Assembly (NCBI GenBank): GCA_030248215.1
Contig: JASANG010002922.1
Coordinates: 372,001 to 436,000 of the forward strand
Direction: 5' to 3'
DNA: 64,000 nt
Source: Enoplolaimus lenunculus
Lineage: Eukaryota
Shown here: in pieces, positions 42,431 through 56,340 of the stretch
Numbering within the stretch: position 1 is the stretch's first letter
Layout of the letters: each line of letters begins with the position of its first letter
Notes under the pieces: generated by a model
The model's input: only the letters and a program-made list of their open reading frames with translations
Database searches by the model: none
What the model was told of the DNA's origin: nothing
Position numbers and translations under genes: made by a program

Positions 42431-44469
42431 TAGATTTCTGGTGAAATAGAAAACATTCATGTCAGAAAAAAGTTAAATTTAAAATTTGAAAAATCGAACA
42501 ACAAAACGAAAAGTTCAAAACAAAACGTGAGCGTACACAGGGGTTGAAACTAACAATGTTTAGATTAAAAAGGCGTAAGTACTATAAGGTTAAACGTCAT
42601 TTTGGTACTATGACAACATTAATTACTGAATTACTTGCCAAACACCAGCACGTCACTATAACATCCGATGGGTGTATTCAAAAACCTAATCCATATATTT
42701 GAATAACATCAGTAATAAAATTTAATTTGGAGCAAACGAAGATTACATAACTGGATATTCGGTTCAATTTCCGATAAAAATGGACGTCTGCTACCGTTTC
42801 TGTTATAAAAATGCCGGAAACACCGCATTTTTTGCACTCCAAATCCGAGGGTCCGTAATTTTTACCCTACGCTGTAATTTATGGTCAATGTAAAGAATAA
42901 AAGGGCGAAACAGTATTATAAGCATATTCCTAAGCATAAGCCTAAGCATAAGCCTAAGCGTAAGAATGAGCTTATTTCTAAACCTAAGCCTAAGCCTAAG
43001 CCTAAGCCAAGCAAAAAATAGTATAAAGCTTAAGTTTACTCTTTTCTAGTCCCACAGAAAAACGTTCCGCCCCCGATCTTCACATGGACCAGCTAGACTA
43101 TAAAAATGGTATGGTAAATATTCCATCACAAACCGGATTTTCTCGCCAGTCGAATTTGTAATTTCGGGTTTAAACTACTGCGAGCAATCACACATATCGC
43201 ACGCGACTTGAGTCACACTATACCTCGAGCTCTAGAGCCTTGATTCCGAAATACAAGACTATACAATGTATTTACAAAAACATTACACAAAATCGACCAA
43301 GCGTCTTAATTTCAAGATTTGTAATTGTTGATCAAAATCAACAATATTCAACGCGAGTTGAAATGAACGCAAAAAACAAAGACTACAAAAAAGCGAAATA
43401 TTAATTGCTAAAACAATATTACAATTGGACGTTTACTAGTGATTTTAGTTGCTAAAACTGTTCCTTCTTAAGGTATCATTTATCTGTACATTGAACGCGG
43501 TATATGGCAACGTTATCAACTAAACCTACTCCGTGCTCAATCCTGGGGTTGAAGGGAGTTAGAGTAGTTAATAATATATTATTTCAACCCGGAAGATAGG
43601 GAAGGAACGCTGAACATCGCAAATCCGGTTGCGATACTGGAGGAAAATTCTTAAATGGGCCTATATACTCACATTTCGGGCATCAATATTCCAATTTTCA
43701 AGGCTGAGATAGTAGGAGAACGGCAGACAGACCAATGTCTAAAATCCTACTACGGGACTGTATATTACAACTTTTTTACTCCTGCCAATCAAGAGTTGAG
43801 GTAATAGCCGATTTGCTAAAAGATTTACTTATACTCAGGTCAAAGATAAACCACTATTTCTTGTGGGTTTACATGGTTCTTGATGTAGACCTAAGAGCTG
43901 GCCGGATAAATGGGATAACTTCTGCGTAAGGTATACCAACGGTACAGTTATAGATTGCAATATAATTAAGCTAACAGCAATATACCAGACTCTTTTGTTC
44001 GCAATACAGGGAGTGTCATGGGTCGACAATAGGTTAGACAGGTTTACGTTTAGCTTCAGTTTGAGTACAAACAAGTATTTGCTTTTAAAGAAAACCGCTA
44101 TTATTATCGTTCGATTATGAGGTCTGTGCGCGATTTTTAGTCGGCATTCTGATGGAAAGTTGAATAGTTGAACAAGTTTAATATTAATTCAAAATAAACC
44201 TATACTTTCTGGAAAAACTTACGTTTAAATTGTAGTTTAAGTAAACTTGAACGTGAGTTTGAGTAAAACTTAAATGGCTCGACGGACTAACTGAACTAAC
44301 ATTTTAAAGTTGAACTAACATATTTGTAATAGTTCATAGCGAGTTGAAGCAAAACTTAATTTTGGTTTAAGGTGTAAATGAAACTAAAAAATGTGTCATA
44401 AATCCGTTGAGTTTAACCAGTTTAGTTTAGTTAGTCTAGAAAGGTGGTTTAACGCTGCTAGATTAGCTT

Positions 44470-44595
44470 AAGTTTAACTCGAGTTAGTTTAAGCTTTTAG
44501 AGAGCAGAAATAAGTTTAACTCGAGTTAGTTTAAGCTTTTAGAGAGCAGAAATAAGTTTAACTCGAGTTAGTTTAAGCTTTTAGAGAGCAGAAAT
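44470..44595. repeat. 42-bp tandem repeat, 3 copies
   Basis: AAGTTTAACTCGAGTTAGTTTAAGCTTTTAGAGAGCAGAAAT repeated exactly. Confidence 0.95.
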
Positions 44596-44994
44596 GTTGG
44601 ATAGAACTTTAGCTTAAATTTGCGTGGAGAAAGATTTCATTATGATCTTCTCAATAATTGAACCGATAAGTTTTTTCACAAAGTAAACTGTTTGATATTT
44701 GTTGAACAGCCAGTTGCGGCTTAATTTTACGTTTCGGGAATCTGTACTTTAAGACGTAGGTTTTGCGTAATAACGGGATTGCAGGCTTTTTATTTAGAAA
44801 GTCCACATCGCTGACCAACATTTAGATATAATCTTTATAGTTAAAGCTGGAATGCCAAGCATACGTATTTCGTTAAAGTTCTCGCTAAGTTTTGCAACGG
44901 TGTAATATATAAACTATACAAAGGTATACAAATCAGCGTTTTCTAAGAAACGAGTTAGCGTTGCGAATATATATTGCAATCGTATAGACTAGTC

Positions 44995-45158
44995 GGCCCA
45001 TGTATACAACAAGGCCGGAACGTTTCGGAACGAGACTGTAATAAACTAAGCTTAAGCTTTATACTATTTTTTTGCTTAGCCTGAGGCTTAGTTTTAGGCT
45101 TAGGGTTAGGAATATGCTTACACTACTTACTGTTCGGGCCCTGTTCCATACATGGGCC
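44995..45158 (+). mobile_element. Telomeric-repeat MITE, subfamily B
   Basis: GGCCCATGTAT...ATACATGGGCC with a perfect TSD GACTAGTC. Confidence 0.92.
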
Positions 45159-47111
45159 GACTAGTCTATACAGCCTAAATATGAGACCAAGTAGATTCGC
45201 AAAATGTTGCCACCACGTTCACTAGCATCCGTTATGCACAATTATCGCTATTATAAAAATACCGTTCACGCTGTCTCGTTTGAATTTGTCAACACTTCCT
45301 TGTATCATGCAATAAAGCATACATACCCGGCACTCACAGCTGCAACTTTGCAAGAGGCCCTTGCCGAAAACAACCTGTGGATAATAAAAAAACATTACGC
45401 AACCATTGTGAGTCAGATACTTTATCTGACCAATACAAGCAATAAAATACAACAACTCTCTTGGTTAATAAAACACTAAATTCTGTGGTGACTCTGAAAT
45501 TTCTCTCAAACTCCCGGATATGGCAGTAATTTCGCCCGGTTGTCCGTTTTTAAACCGGTGGGTAAATGCTATTTTTCGGCAGTTTAAGACATAAAACTCT
45601 GATCGGTACCTAGCAATTCCGCAGCGATGAATTGTTAGTAGTAGGGGATATAAAACCATTTATAGAACGGGGGCAAACAAAAAGTTTGCTAAAAACAATT
45701 GTGTAGATGTACAAAAATTTTAGAGCATGCAGAGGTCAAAATGATTCTAAACCGGGTAACGCGCGCGGTCGACTCCCGTAGACGTGGCTCTGTCGACTTA
45801 GCGATTTTAATCGTAACGCAAACTTCTGGTGAACAGGTTTGCTACAGTGTATTCGTGCTACAGGTTAAGCGTTTTAAACTCGCTAGGTTATTTTGAATAT
45901 ATATACTCAAATTAGGCTAGTTTAAACTTCAAGTTGATAAACGATAGTAGACTTGTATTTCAACAGATCGACGTTTGTGTTTGCATATATTGTTCAAATA
46001 TAACGCACACTCTTTAGTCTCGGTGTTTGCCGAAAATGGTTCGATTTTGAAAATTTTTTGGCAAAATTAATAATACAACTTAAACGTCGTGTGTTCTGGT
46101 TCGTTCTGACAGCCAGTTTGACTGTTACAACAATTCGGGTTTGAAGGTCGGAAAAAGTCACACTGTGGGACCCGAAAATTTTTTGTCAGTTAGAAAATTT
46201 CTACTTGATCACAGAACGTGAACTTTAGCATCATTTCCTGTCAAAACGTTCACCGATTTACCATTTGCAGCGAAAAACAGTTTCGTAAACTGTTTTTGAT
46301 GCATATGGTGTAAATGCGGTAATGGCTTTTGGTTTAAACATGGACGTTTTTTTGATATTGGCGAGCGCAGTATAATCTGGATAGTGCATTACAATTTTTA
46401 CAACTTTGAAAAAACGTGGGATTTATCCACACTTTGCATTGAGAGACACAACTTTTGTAAAACCAGCATACACTTTGGGTCAGTTTGGCCCAAATTTAAT
46501 TTCGTGTCCAATCTTTTTTCCCAAACTCTTTTCCAAAATTCTTCTCATAGATCATCTTCCGTTCCCACAGCGCGTACAGAGCCAAAGTGCGTTGTCCATG
46601 TAATGCGTTTATTAGTTGAAAAGTTTATGCAGTAAGAAATATGACGGCCAATGTAAAACAACAGGACCGTAACGGTAGTATAAGCGTATTCGTAAGCCTA
46701 AGTCTAAACACAAGAGCAAGAATGAGCTTATATCGAAACCTAAGCCTAAACAAAAAATATATCTAAACGTTATACTTAGTCTATGACAGTCCCGCAAAAA
46801 AGCGTTCCGCTCCTGACCGTTACATGGGCCGAAATGGCAAAAAAGGTGTTTCCAGGTATGACTTTTTATGAATGAAATACCGAAACAGCATGAGATGAAA
46901 GCGTACGTGCAGTTTTATCGTAAATTTATGTCAGTTTTCAGGCTATAAACGATAAACCGTGACACCTACGACTGTGATTCTTTCTTCAAACCAATTAAAT
47001 CTGGTTTAAAAAGCCTAATAAATTTTTGAAATTGTCCATTTTTTGAGGGCGTGAAAAAAATAAAATGAAAATTGGTGTAAGAATGTACGACGGTGACCTT
47101 ATCGGTATAGT

Positions 47112-47301
47112 GGCCCATGTATAGAACAGGGCCGGAACAGGAGTATAAGCATATTCCTAAGCCTAAGCCTAAGTGTATGGATGAGCCTCTTCCAAAGCCT
47201 AAGCCTAAGCTTAAGCCTAAGCAAAAAATTAGCCTAAAGCTTAAACTGACTCTATTATAGTCCCTCCGGAAAACGATCCGGCCCTGTTCTATACATGGGC
47301 T
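47112..47301 (-). mobile_element. Telomeric-repeat MITE, subfamily B
   Basis: GGCCCATGTATAGAACAGGGCCGGA TIR with a perfect TSD GGTATAGT. Confidence 0.92.
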
Positions 47302-49137
47302 GGTATAGTTTGTTGGTATATGCTGGTTTCGTGTATTTAAGCACGTGGTAGGATTTATAGTTTTATGATTGTATTTGAATTAGAAAATAACCCGGAACTC
47401 TGAAACTGTAGTGGCCAGAATATGAGGTAATTAGAGAGGGGTCCTCATTTTGAGACCCAATCAATAAGAGTCCGTATCTCTAAAACAGTCCGTAAGCGGA
47501 TAGAATCCCTAAACCCTAATTAGAATAAATGTCACTTATCTCAAATTGTAGTACATAAATGACTCAAGCAACAAGTACAGTTGAGCTCGAAACTTTAAAG
47601 CATACTTTGTTTAAAAAGTACATTCTTAATTAAGTATAACCTTGTAACTATACAAATAAACGTTTAATTCAACGGATAGTTACAATACCGAATATATATC
47701 AGCAACGAATGGCGGATTAAAAATAAATAACAGTCAGCGGCCAAATAATTATCAGCCCCCCTCTTGTTCGGGTCACTACAGCAGCAGCTGCGATATATAT
47801 TTCGTATGTTAAACTGAAACGAATATGCCAGTATAGCCTTAAAGACAGTAAACTAAAAAATTTTCCAATATCCGTGTTGCGCACAAAGTGTTGAATTTAA
47901 GCCGAGACTTTACTATTTGATACAATTCCAGCTTATAAAACACAAAAATAGCCTATGTCTACTGACAGTGTCCACTATAACTGCATACAAACGATGATAA
48001 CATTTGGTTAATTTTAGTTTCGGATCTTAGATTTCTTAACAAGGATTATGCTAATTGTGGTTTTGAAACTTTAGGTGATCGGACAGCCGTCTGTTTCTAC
48101 ACCTGCTACTAATTATTTAGCATAGATTGTTTGTCGGCCAATGTGTAGAATAGGGACGGAACAGTAGCATAAGCATATTCCTAAACCTAAGTCTTAATCT
48201 TAGCCTAAATATAACGAAATAAATTCGTCTAAAGCTTAAGCTTACTCTATTAAACACCCACAAGAAAACGTTCTGCCTGTGATCTTTACATGGGTCGCCT
48301 TTCTTTTTAACAAAAAAACATCTGTTTAAATATTGAAAACTTGATTTCAGATGCGCGTATAAATTGATCAGAAACGATATCAAATTTCATAACCTTATTT
48401 GCCGTTTCAATTTAAACTGTGGAACCAGATATACGTACTTGTGAAACTGTTTTGTGGAAATATTCTGTGAAACTCTACAGTCAAATAGCGAGCACATTTG
48501 TTAGCATGGCTTGCCCACACTTAGAAAATTTCAACTTTGCTTGTATTAAGCCATTGACAACCCATGTATGCGTCAACTGAAAAGTTTTGAGCCCCCTTGG
48601 AAAGATGAGCTTCTTACGGACCTGGCACCCCTTCGTTGAAATTTTACGGCCATGGTCCTTTCATGTACATTTGGTTTTCATGCTGGGCAGTCATAGTACG
48701 CATAGGCTTAGATATTCAAGCCTTAAGCTTATTCTTGGGCTTAAAATGGGACACATGTGAAGCAACCTTGGCAAAATACGCATTTGATAGCAACTAATGC
48801 AGCATCCACAACATCATGCATACACCAGGTGACATTTTGAAGGCGTCGTATGATTGAGACACAAGCTTTTTTGCTTCTTTGTCCATCACACTATCCCCTC
48901 AAAAGTCACCTGGTGTACGCATGATATTGTGGAAGTAGTCTTTAAGTACAAACTCTGTGCTTGTTGGAAAGTATGATTAAACAGCGAAAAACACAATTTC
49001 TTAGTTTTAGAGATTAGAAACTAAAAGAGCATTATAGATATACAAAAACGCCTAAACGTGACTGTTGGTAAGCTAAATTTTCGCTTAAGCCTAAACACAA
49101 GCCTATTCCTAAACTTACGCATAAAAGCTGATACTAC

Positions 49138-49220
49138 GGGCTTAGGCTTAGGCTTAATCTTAGGCTTAGGCTTAGGCTTATGCTTAGGCTTAGGCTAAGC
49201 TTAGGCTTAGCGTTAGGCGT
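49138..49220 (+). repeat. Interstitial (TTAGGC)n tract without obvious TIRs
   Basis: About 13 near-perfect TTAGGC units. Confidence 0.85.
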
Positions 49221-50003
49221 CTCCAAATCCTTAGGTTTCTTTCTAAACAGTATAGGCTTTGCAAAAAATATTAAGGTCACAAGTTTTATGCAATTCCTAT
49301 TTCCGAATCCGGACCCATTTAGGTCTTAGAGTTACATTTTTCTGCTCTTACATGCCATGCAACCGTGTTACTATTTGGCTCAAAATAGGTAGTATTAATA
49401 CATCAGAAAGCCGGTTTAGTACTTTCTTTCAAGGTCCTTGATACTACACAGTCATAGCTACGGACCCTCCGGTCTGTAGAAAGGTACCAATTAATTTAAT
49501 TTCACCTTTGCCCGTTTTAATCGGGTCCATTAAACTGTGACAACTAGAGTCAGTTAATATGAGAACCAACTAAATATTGATTAGATGTTAGGCTACTTTG
49601 GGTTGGAAACAATGTTAAGAAACTGTCTTGTCGGCTGTTGTACACTTTCGTTTACATTTCAACTTATGGCTTTGGCTTAGGCTTAGGTTTTAGGCTCAGA
49701 GTTTCAGGCGTAGGGTTTTAGGCTTAGGAGAATAACTTTTGCGATGGGTTAGCCTGAGGGCTAGGTAAAGGTGGATATCCTTGCATTTATATTAGGCAGC
49801 ACGATAACGTTTGACATAAACACTCGTTATACGGTCCGCCAGTACGTTGAGACGGAGTTTGGCATGCGAGGCGAATGAAAAGCCAAACGATATTTTGGTA
49901 TTCAACGCTCACGTATCCCGAGATGTTCTGTTAAACTGATCTTTGTTTTTTAGAACGTTTGTTTAAATATTATTTTACCACAGGATATATTAATTAATTA
50001 CCA

Positions 50004-50128
50004 CACTGCGAAAAAATGTTGAGTCAAATTGACTCTCTCCAAAATAGGCTCTCCAGGACAACACAAACTGAGACAAAATTGACTCCGCTTGAGTCAAGAG
50101 TCAATTTGACTCGCCATTTTTTGCAGTG
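50004..50128. mobile_element. Short CACTG...CAGTG MITE, same family as 7230-7443
   Basis: CA|CACTGCGAAAAAATGTTGAGTCAAATTGACTC...GAGTCAATTTGACTCGCCATTTTTTGCAGTG|CA. Confidence 0.85.
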
Positions 50129-50490
50129 CATATTCGAGCGTCTGTTCGTTAGCTGCCAATGTTGCTTGCATTGTTGGGTCAGCGTTTGTAATTCAGCAAA
50201 GCATACGATTAATTAACGAGTCGCAGATTATGATCCGACTGGAATTTTCTAAGGTCACTTGAAACATAAAGCCGACAGATACAGCTTGAGTTCAAAATTT
50301 TTTAAGCTAAAAATACGTTCACTATTATAACTGAGGTATATTTTTTCAAAGCCATCGCGAGGCGATTACTTTTTATTGGTTCCGTTAGGCTACTTCCCTT
50401 ACCTGCATACTCAATCAGATAATTGTAGCCATATTTCCAGCTACACATCAAACAAGCAAACTTCAAAGCTTCAGACTTCAAACTGTGTTT

Positions 50491-50706
50491 GGCCCATGTT
50501 AAGGGGCGTCCAGGTTTCTGGCGGGTCTATAAAAGAGTAGGTTTAGATTCTAGATTACATTTTTTTGCTTAGACTTAGGCTTAGGCTTAGGCTTATGCTT
50601 AGGCTTATGCTGAGGCTTAGGTACACATTTTTGCAACGCTAGGCTTTAGGCTTAGGTTTAGGAATACGCTTAAACTACTGTTACGCGACTTAAAGTAACA
50701 TTGGCC
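50491..50706 (+). mobile_element. Telomeric-repeat MITE, subfamily C (others at 53036-53368, about 57956-58145, 58759-58933)
   Basis: GGCCCATGTT...AAGGGGCGTCCAGG...TAAAGTAACATTGGCC; flanks CTGTGTTT / CTGTTTTT. Confidence 0.88.
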
Positions 50707-50942
50707 CTGTTTTTTGTGGGTACGACAAACGCACAAACAAACGAACAATATTTTCAGTCCAGCTATCGACTGGTTTTAAACTTTCAAACCGATCATCAGC
50801 TGGCAATCGGGTGCTATACACATTTGAAAATACACCGGTACTGCAGTTAGGATTATGCCAGATTTGAAACCACAAACAAGCGTTTATTTTTTAGGTTTTC
50901 ATATTCTATTCGATATTGTGCCTAACGCCTTTATAATTTACA

Positions 50943-53900
50943 ATGTTGTCCCGTTTGAAAGCTGAGGCAGTTGTTCGACATTCTTCGGTGTCAACTCAAG
51001 AAGAAGTTAAAAGTAAGTTTGAACGCGCGCGTTGGTGTACGGTTCGGTCGTCGCTCGACGGCACCGGACAGCTCACCGCACCGAATGACGCCCGACGACG
51101 CCGAACGCGGTTTGTTAAAATAGTGAAAAAAGTATAGCATCACACTTACAGTTCAATAGATAGCCAAATTTAAATTATGATCAATTCGAGATAAGCGTGC
51201 TAGAATAGCTTTAGGTTTAGTTTTCTGCGATGGTTTTGAGAAGATAACAGAATGTCAAACGAGTTGAATTGACCAGTTACAAATTACAAAAAATTGCACA
51301 AAGTGCAATAAGAACTATTTGCAATTATTTTGTTAATACTGTTAAATTTTGCATTCAACGACTCTCAACGCACAAATTATGACTATATATTTAAGGGTGG
51401 AAGCGGATCGTGAAAATAACGGAAACGGAAATTGATCTTAGCCGGAAGCGGGAGCGCATATGCGGTTGTACCCTGCTATATGTTGCAACTCATGGTTTGA
51501 GACCTGCTTTGTAACCGCAGGAATGGTTAACGACCAAGAACATTAAGGCCCATGTAAAGATCAGCGGCGGAACATTTTGCTACGAGGCTGCAATGGAGTA
51601 AAGCTTAAGATTTTGATAATTTTTTCCTTACGCTTTCGCATAGACTTAGATATAAGCTCATTCTTACGTTTAGTCTTGGGATTAGACTTAGGAACATGCT
51701 TATACTACTGTAACGGCCCAGTTCGTAGCAAACATTTGTAAAGCTGAGTAGTGGGGGTTGTAAAAAATTTTGCAAAATTTGATTTTCATAAAATATTTTC
51801 AGACTGGAAAGAACATTGCTTACAAAGTTTCAAAGAAACGTTTCAAAATTCACCCAAACTACGCTGTTTTGCGTTATATTTGGGATTTACAAGCTTTATA
51901 TCGTTCGGCGGGTGCTTATTTTACATAATCGAACAAACAGCCAATGTGCCGTACTCATTAGAACCGCGGCTAAAAAGCAACCCGCTATCGTGTCTAGGAA
52001 ACTACGACTTTTGGGGCTCTCTGTTCTACGCTTTGAGCGCCGCGTCAACCATCGGTACGTTTGTTCCTGTCGCGAATGATTCGTTAATTGCGAAAAACCT
52101 TTTCTTTGTTAGGTCAACTTTATAATTTTTCTATAGTTTACTTTATGTGTCGTTCACAATGTGAAAATTTGGCTAAAGCCACAAAATGTGTCGTAGCCCA
52201 GTGTTATATAACAGCCAATTGTTAACCGTACCCTAAACAAAAATGTTTCATTGATCATACCTCAACACGTGTCACTAACTGGTTTTTGAGACACGTTGAG
52301 GTAAAGGCAGCACTTTTTTACACCCTCTGCCACTGCATCGATCCTACCTCAACGTAAAATTTCCGTTGTTCATACCTCAAAGCGTTTCGGTCGTTTACTA
52401 TGGCTACGACACATTTTGTGGCCGTCAAAAATTTTATATTGTGAACGGCGCAGTACAAATTGAATTTTAAATTTCATTTTTGAAACAATTTTCCTCAAAG
52501 TTTTTAGCCCGTAAAATGTAATTTAAACATACTCTAGTGGATTTTGGCGGAAACAGCTAAAACAGTGCTTAAATAGGATTTATTATGGTACATTTTTTGC
52601 TCCGCATCATGGTATCACGACAATTCGTCGACCCGACAACTCGTCGACCGACAACTTGGAATTTAAAATTTCATCGACTCGACAATTTGTCGTTCATTAT
52701 ATAATGTTTAGAATTACAATTAGGCTTTGGATTACGTTTAGGATTATGCTTAGACTTATTTATAAATTCTGAGACACTGTTATGAGCGACAAGTTGTCAG
52801 TCGACGAATTGTAGTGCCACATCAGTCACTGCTTTGCTACCTTATCACCAATAAATTTGCGAGCATTAGCATGCGGAAATAGTTGAAATTCGATTTCAGA
52901 ACAAATTTATTTTGCGCCTCGTAAATTGCAATTCATAAGTATTCTATATGGATTTAGCCAAAACTGACAAACAGCCTAGCTTACGGATTTTACACTTGGA
53001 GTGCTACGCTGCGTCCAATACACTATTGCTACGTTGGCCAATGTTACTTTTAGATGTGTAACAGAATATTAAGCGTATTCCTAAGCCTAAGCCTAAGTCT
53101 AAGCGTTGCAAAAATGAATTGCTAAGCCTAAGCCTAAGCCTTAGCCTAAGCCTCAGCCTAAGCCTAAGCAAAAATGTATTAGAATCTAAACCTATATTCC
53201 TTCATAGACCCGCCAGAAACCTGGACGCCCCTTAAAGTAACATGGACCGCTGCGTTTTATTCCTAAGCCTAAGCCTAAGCCCGAGCAAAAAACGTAATTT
53301 AGAATCTAAATCTTCTCTTTTGTAGACCCACCAGAAACCTGGACGCCCCTTCAAGTAACACATGGGCCGCTACGATTTATGACGCAAGCAGATCTGCCAG
53401 AAGTAGCATGTGTTCGACGACTGTATCCTTCAAATTCTGTTTTTGAAAAATTCAAATTTTTTTCCGAAATTCTATCTTAAACGGTTCAATTCTAGAATAA
53501 TTTTCAGCGTAAATATAAATGAAAACATCGTGCTTTACATCATAATGTGGAATTAATCAGCTGTAGCAAGGTTTTGCGTTCTTTCGAGATATGTACGCCG
53601 CACTGGTTGATTCATTCAAAGCAGGTCGACGCCACCGGCTTCTAAGTGTAGGCGTAAGCCTAAGCGCATGAATAAGCATATACCTAATCCTAAGCCTGCG
53701 CCAAAACGGAAAAATTAACCTAAAGGTTAAGTATACACTATTCTAGTCGCGCAGAAAAACTTTTCGCCCCTGAGATCTTTGCATGGTCGTCCAATATCGC
53801 AATAGCAACAAGCTCCTTAGATAGATTTTCGGATGCTCAACACTACATACCGTAGACGTTCCGTTGTCATTAATATAATTAATAACTACTACTGTTTGGC

Positions 53901-56340
53901 AGGTTTTGGTCAGCTTCACGTTTGCACGACGCTATCACGGATTGCTACGCTAATCTACTGTGTCACAGGTATCCCGTTTCTCGTCTACGTTCTGTCTGAT
54001 CTTGGGGGTCGAATATGTAACGCTCTGGTTTGGTTCTACGCCGCATGCTTGCATCGTTGGGACTTGTTTATCAAATGGCAAAAACGGCGAGCTTATATGA
54101 AAAAGCGGGCCGTCGCCCTTGCACGACGCCGTGCTAAATCGGCCTTACGGCGGCGAAAGGCCTTCAGTTTTGGCTCAGAAATTCCGTATATTGATAGCGA
54201 AGCTCCAAGCGAAGCTGAATCGGGTCTGTCGGTAATTTATGATCCGGTTAAGATAGGAGGACCCGACGGTGGGCCCGTACCGGATATAGTTATCCGACAG
54301 ACCGGGCTTGAGAGCGCTCATCGTAAGACAGACGCGGAGGCGTCTAAACAAAACGGCCGGCTGGTCTCAGACGGTCCTGGAACCGTAAACCCCGGCCCAG
54401 AGATTGATTCCAGCCTTAGTCCAGGCAGTCACGGCGCGGAAGATAACCGATCGAACGAACTCCGTGAACATTCGCTTAGCGCTGCTTATAATTCGAGTCC
54501 TCAGGAAACTTGCGAAACAATTCTCAGTTGCACAATGTCACCGTTGAATCCGCCTGACGTTGTACCATCGTTTCCGCCTCCGCCTTATCATAGTTTGCCG
54601 GGAATTAATTCGTATCCGGAGCCGCAAGACATCGAGCTTAGGGTTGGCGGTGGCTCAAACGTAGAATTGGGCAATAATCAACCGAATTTAAAAATATGCC
54701 AGTCAGCTGATGATTGGAAAGTGGCCGGCCGCCAAACGACCCCCAGTATATCAGATCAAGACCAGCCAGTGGGTGTTCGATCAGCGGATTCTGCGTTTGG
54801 GGGCGATGCTAAAGACATCGAAACCGGGTTGACGTTGGCTGGCAGTGGTGAAATTGAACGAGAAAATGACATAGCTAGTAAAAAAGACGGCAATCAACTT
54901 GAAGACACAGAAGACGATGACGAGTACTACGAAGAATATATCGAGGAAGAAACAGACAGTGATGATATGCCTGATTTGCCTATCTGGGTATGCTGTATTT
55001 TAGTTGTCGTTATTCTTATCTTAGTCACTGGTCACATGTACGGCGCTGACGAACATAGCGTTGGATTTTCGTTCTACTATACGTTGTTGTTTTTTGTGAT
55101 GCAAGAGTATGAAGCGAGAGATTTTTCAAACACTGTGCCAACATACTGCCTGCTGATATGTGGGCTGGCAATTATTTCGACTGTCATTAATATAGTGATG
55201 TATAACATTGAAAATATGACCAATCGAGTACAGAAAAAACTCGCGAGCGAAATTCGACGACGAAAAGCTGAACTACGAGCGCAAGGACTGGACGATGCTG
55301 ATGTAGACCCGGAAGAAGTGCTGAAAGAGTTACTCGCCAAAGAAGGCGGGGTCCTTGCGCGTAACGCCCTTCCGAAATCAACGTTCAAACAGATGGAAAA
55401 AGTTGCCGAATCAACTGCAGAAGAAGTAACTCGAGAAATCGCACAAGAAGAACAAGAACTGCAACAAGCGCAACAAGCTGCTCGCGAGTTTGTCGAGCTT
55501 GGCGTAGAAGTTTGCCCAGAAATCGCCGTCAAATCAACTCAATCTGCTCAAATTGAACTCAACGAAATTGAAATCCAAACAGACGACGTACCAGTTGTTG
55601 CCGCTGTGGTTACAGTTGAGAGTTCGACCGATACCGACAGACCTTGTATCCGGTTGGTTAGTAAATCGACCCAAGCAGACGGTGTAGGTCAAATTGCGAT
55701 CTGTAGCGAAGCAACACAATGGCTGAGTGCTCTAAGAAGTGCTGAAACCTATAACGAACTCTACGAAGCGTTTGATCAACTCATTCAATGCGTTACTGAT
55801 ATAGTTTCAGTAGGTTTAGCCCCAGCTCAACCAAAACCAGATACCGAAGACCGGTGTGTGTCCCCGGTTGATCTTGTCGCATCAGGTTACTTTGTTGATT
55901 TCGCTACTCAATCTGGAATCGCCACCCTGGTCGAGACACCATCACAAGCTACCGTAGACTGCGTAGATGCAGGCGTGTCTAATCGTCCTAAAATGCGAAC
56001 AATTTCTATGCAATTTCCGTCACCCACAGCTGGAGCCATTCAGCGGCAAAAAGACCTTCAGGCTCCTCGAGATGAACGGCTGTCAAGAATGACAATTGCA
56101 GCTATGAGAAAGGCGGTTTCGCGCCGTAAACCAGGTTGTTTCAGTGGAACCGGAACAGCAAGCAGTGGATCGATTGATATAAGTCCAGTAGGAAGTGTTG
56201 CAAGTATAGCGGAAACTTCCGGATCGAGCCCTGATGAACCGTCCCAGCGGGAACAGGAAGACAGCGGCAGAGAGCGAGTGTTTAGTTCGGGAAGCTTTGG
56301 TGAAGCTAGCGAATGCAATGAACCTTGTGGAGAAATTTGA
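50943..56340 (+). CDS. Atypical two-pore-domain K+ channel (TWK/K2P family), about 919 aa
   Basis: Exons 50943-51012 (least certain), 51803-52054 and 53903-56340. M1 FALYLGFTSFISFGGCLFYIIE; P1 DFWGSLFYALSAASTIGFG (split by the intron); M2 LIYCVTGIPFLVYVLSDLG; M3 LPIWVCCILVVVILILV; P2-like FSFYYTLLFFVMQEYE; M4 CLLICGLAIISTVINIV. Confidence 0.88.
52146..52452. mobile_element. Long-TIR foldback MITE in a TWK intron
   Basis: CGTTCACAATGTGAAAATTT...GCCACAAAATGTGTCGTAGCC is mirrored by GGCTACGACACATTTTGTGGC...AAATTTTATATTGTGAACG. Boundaries are approximate. Confidence 0.75.

Noticed and set aside
43470..44080. Possible small exons on either strand
   Set aside because: Splice-like sites exist, but I could not build a phase-consistent model or recognise a domain.
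45204..45479. 91-aa ORF
   Set aside because: No recognisable motif or supporting gene structure.
49138..49220. True chromosome end or telomere fusion
   Set aside because: The tract is short, degenerate and interstitial, with ordinary sequence on both sides.
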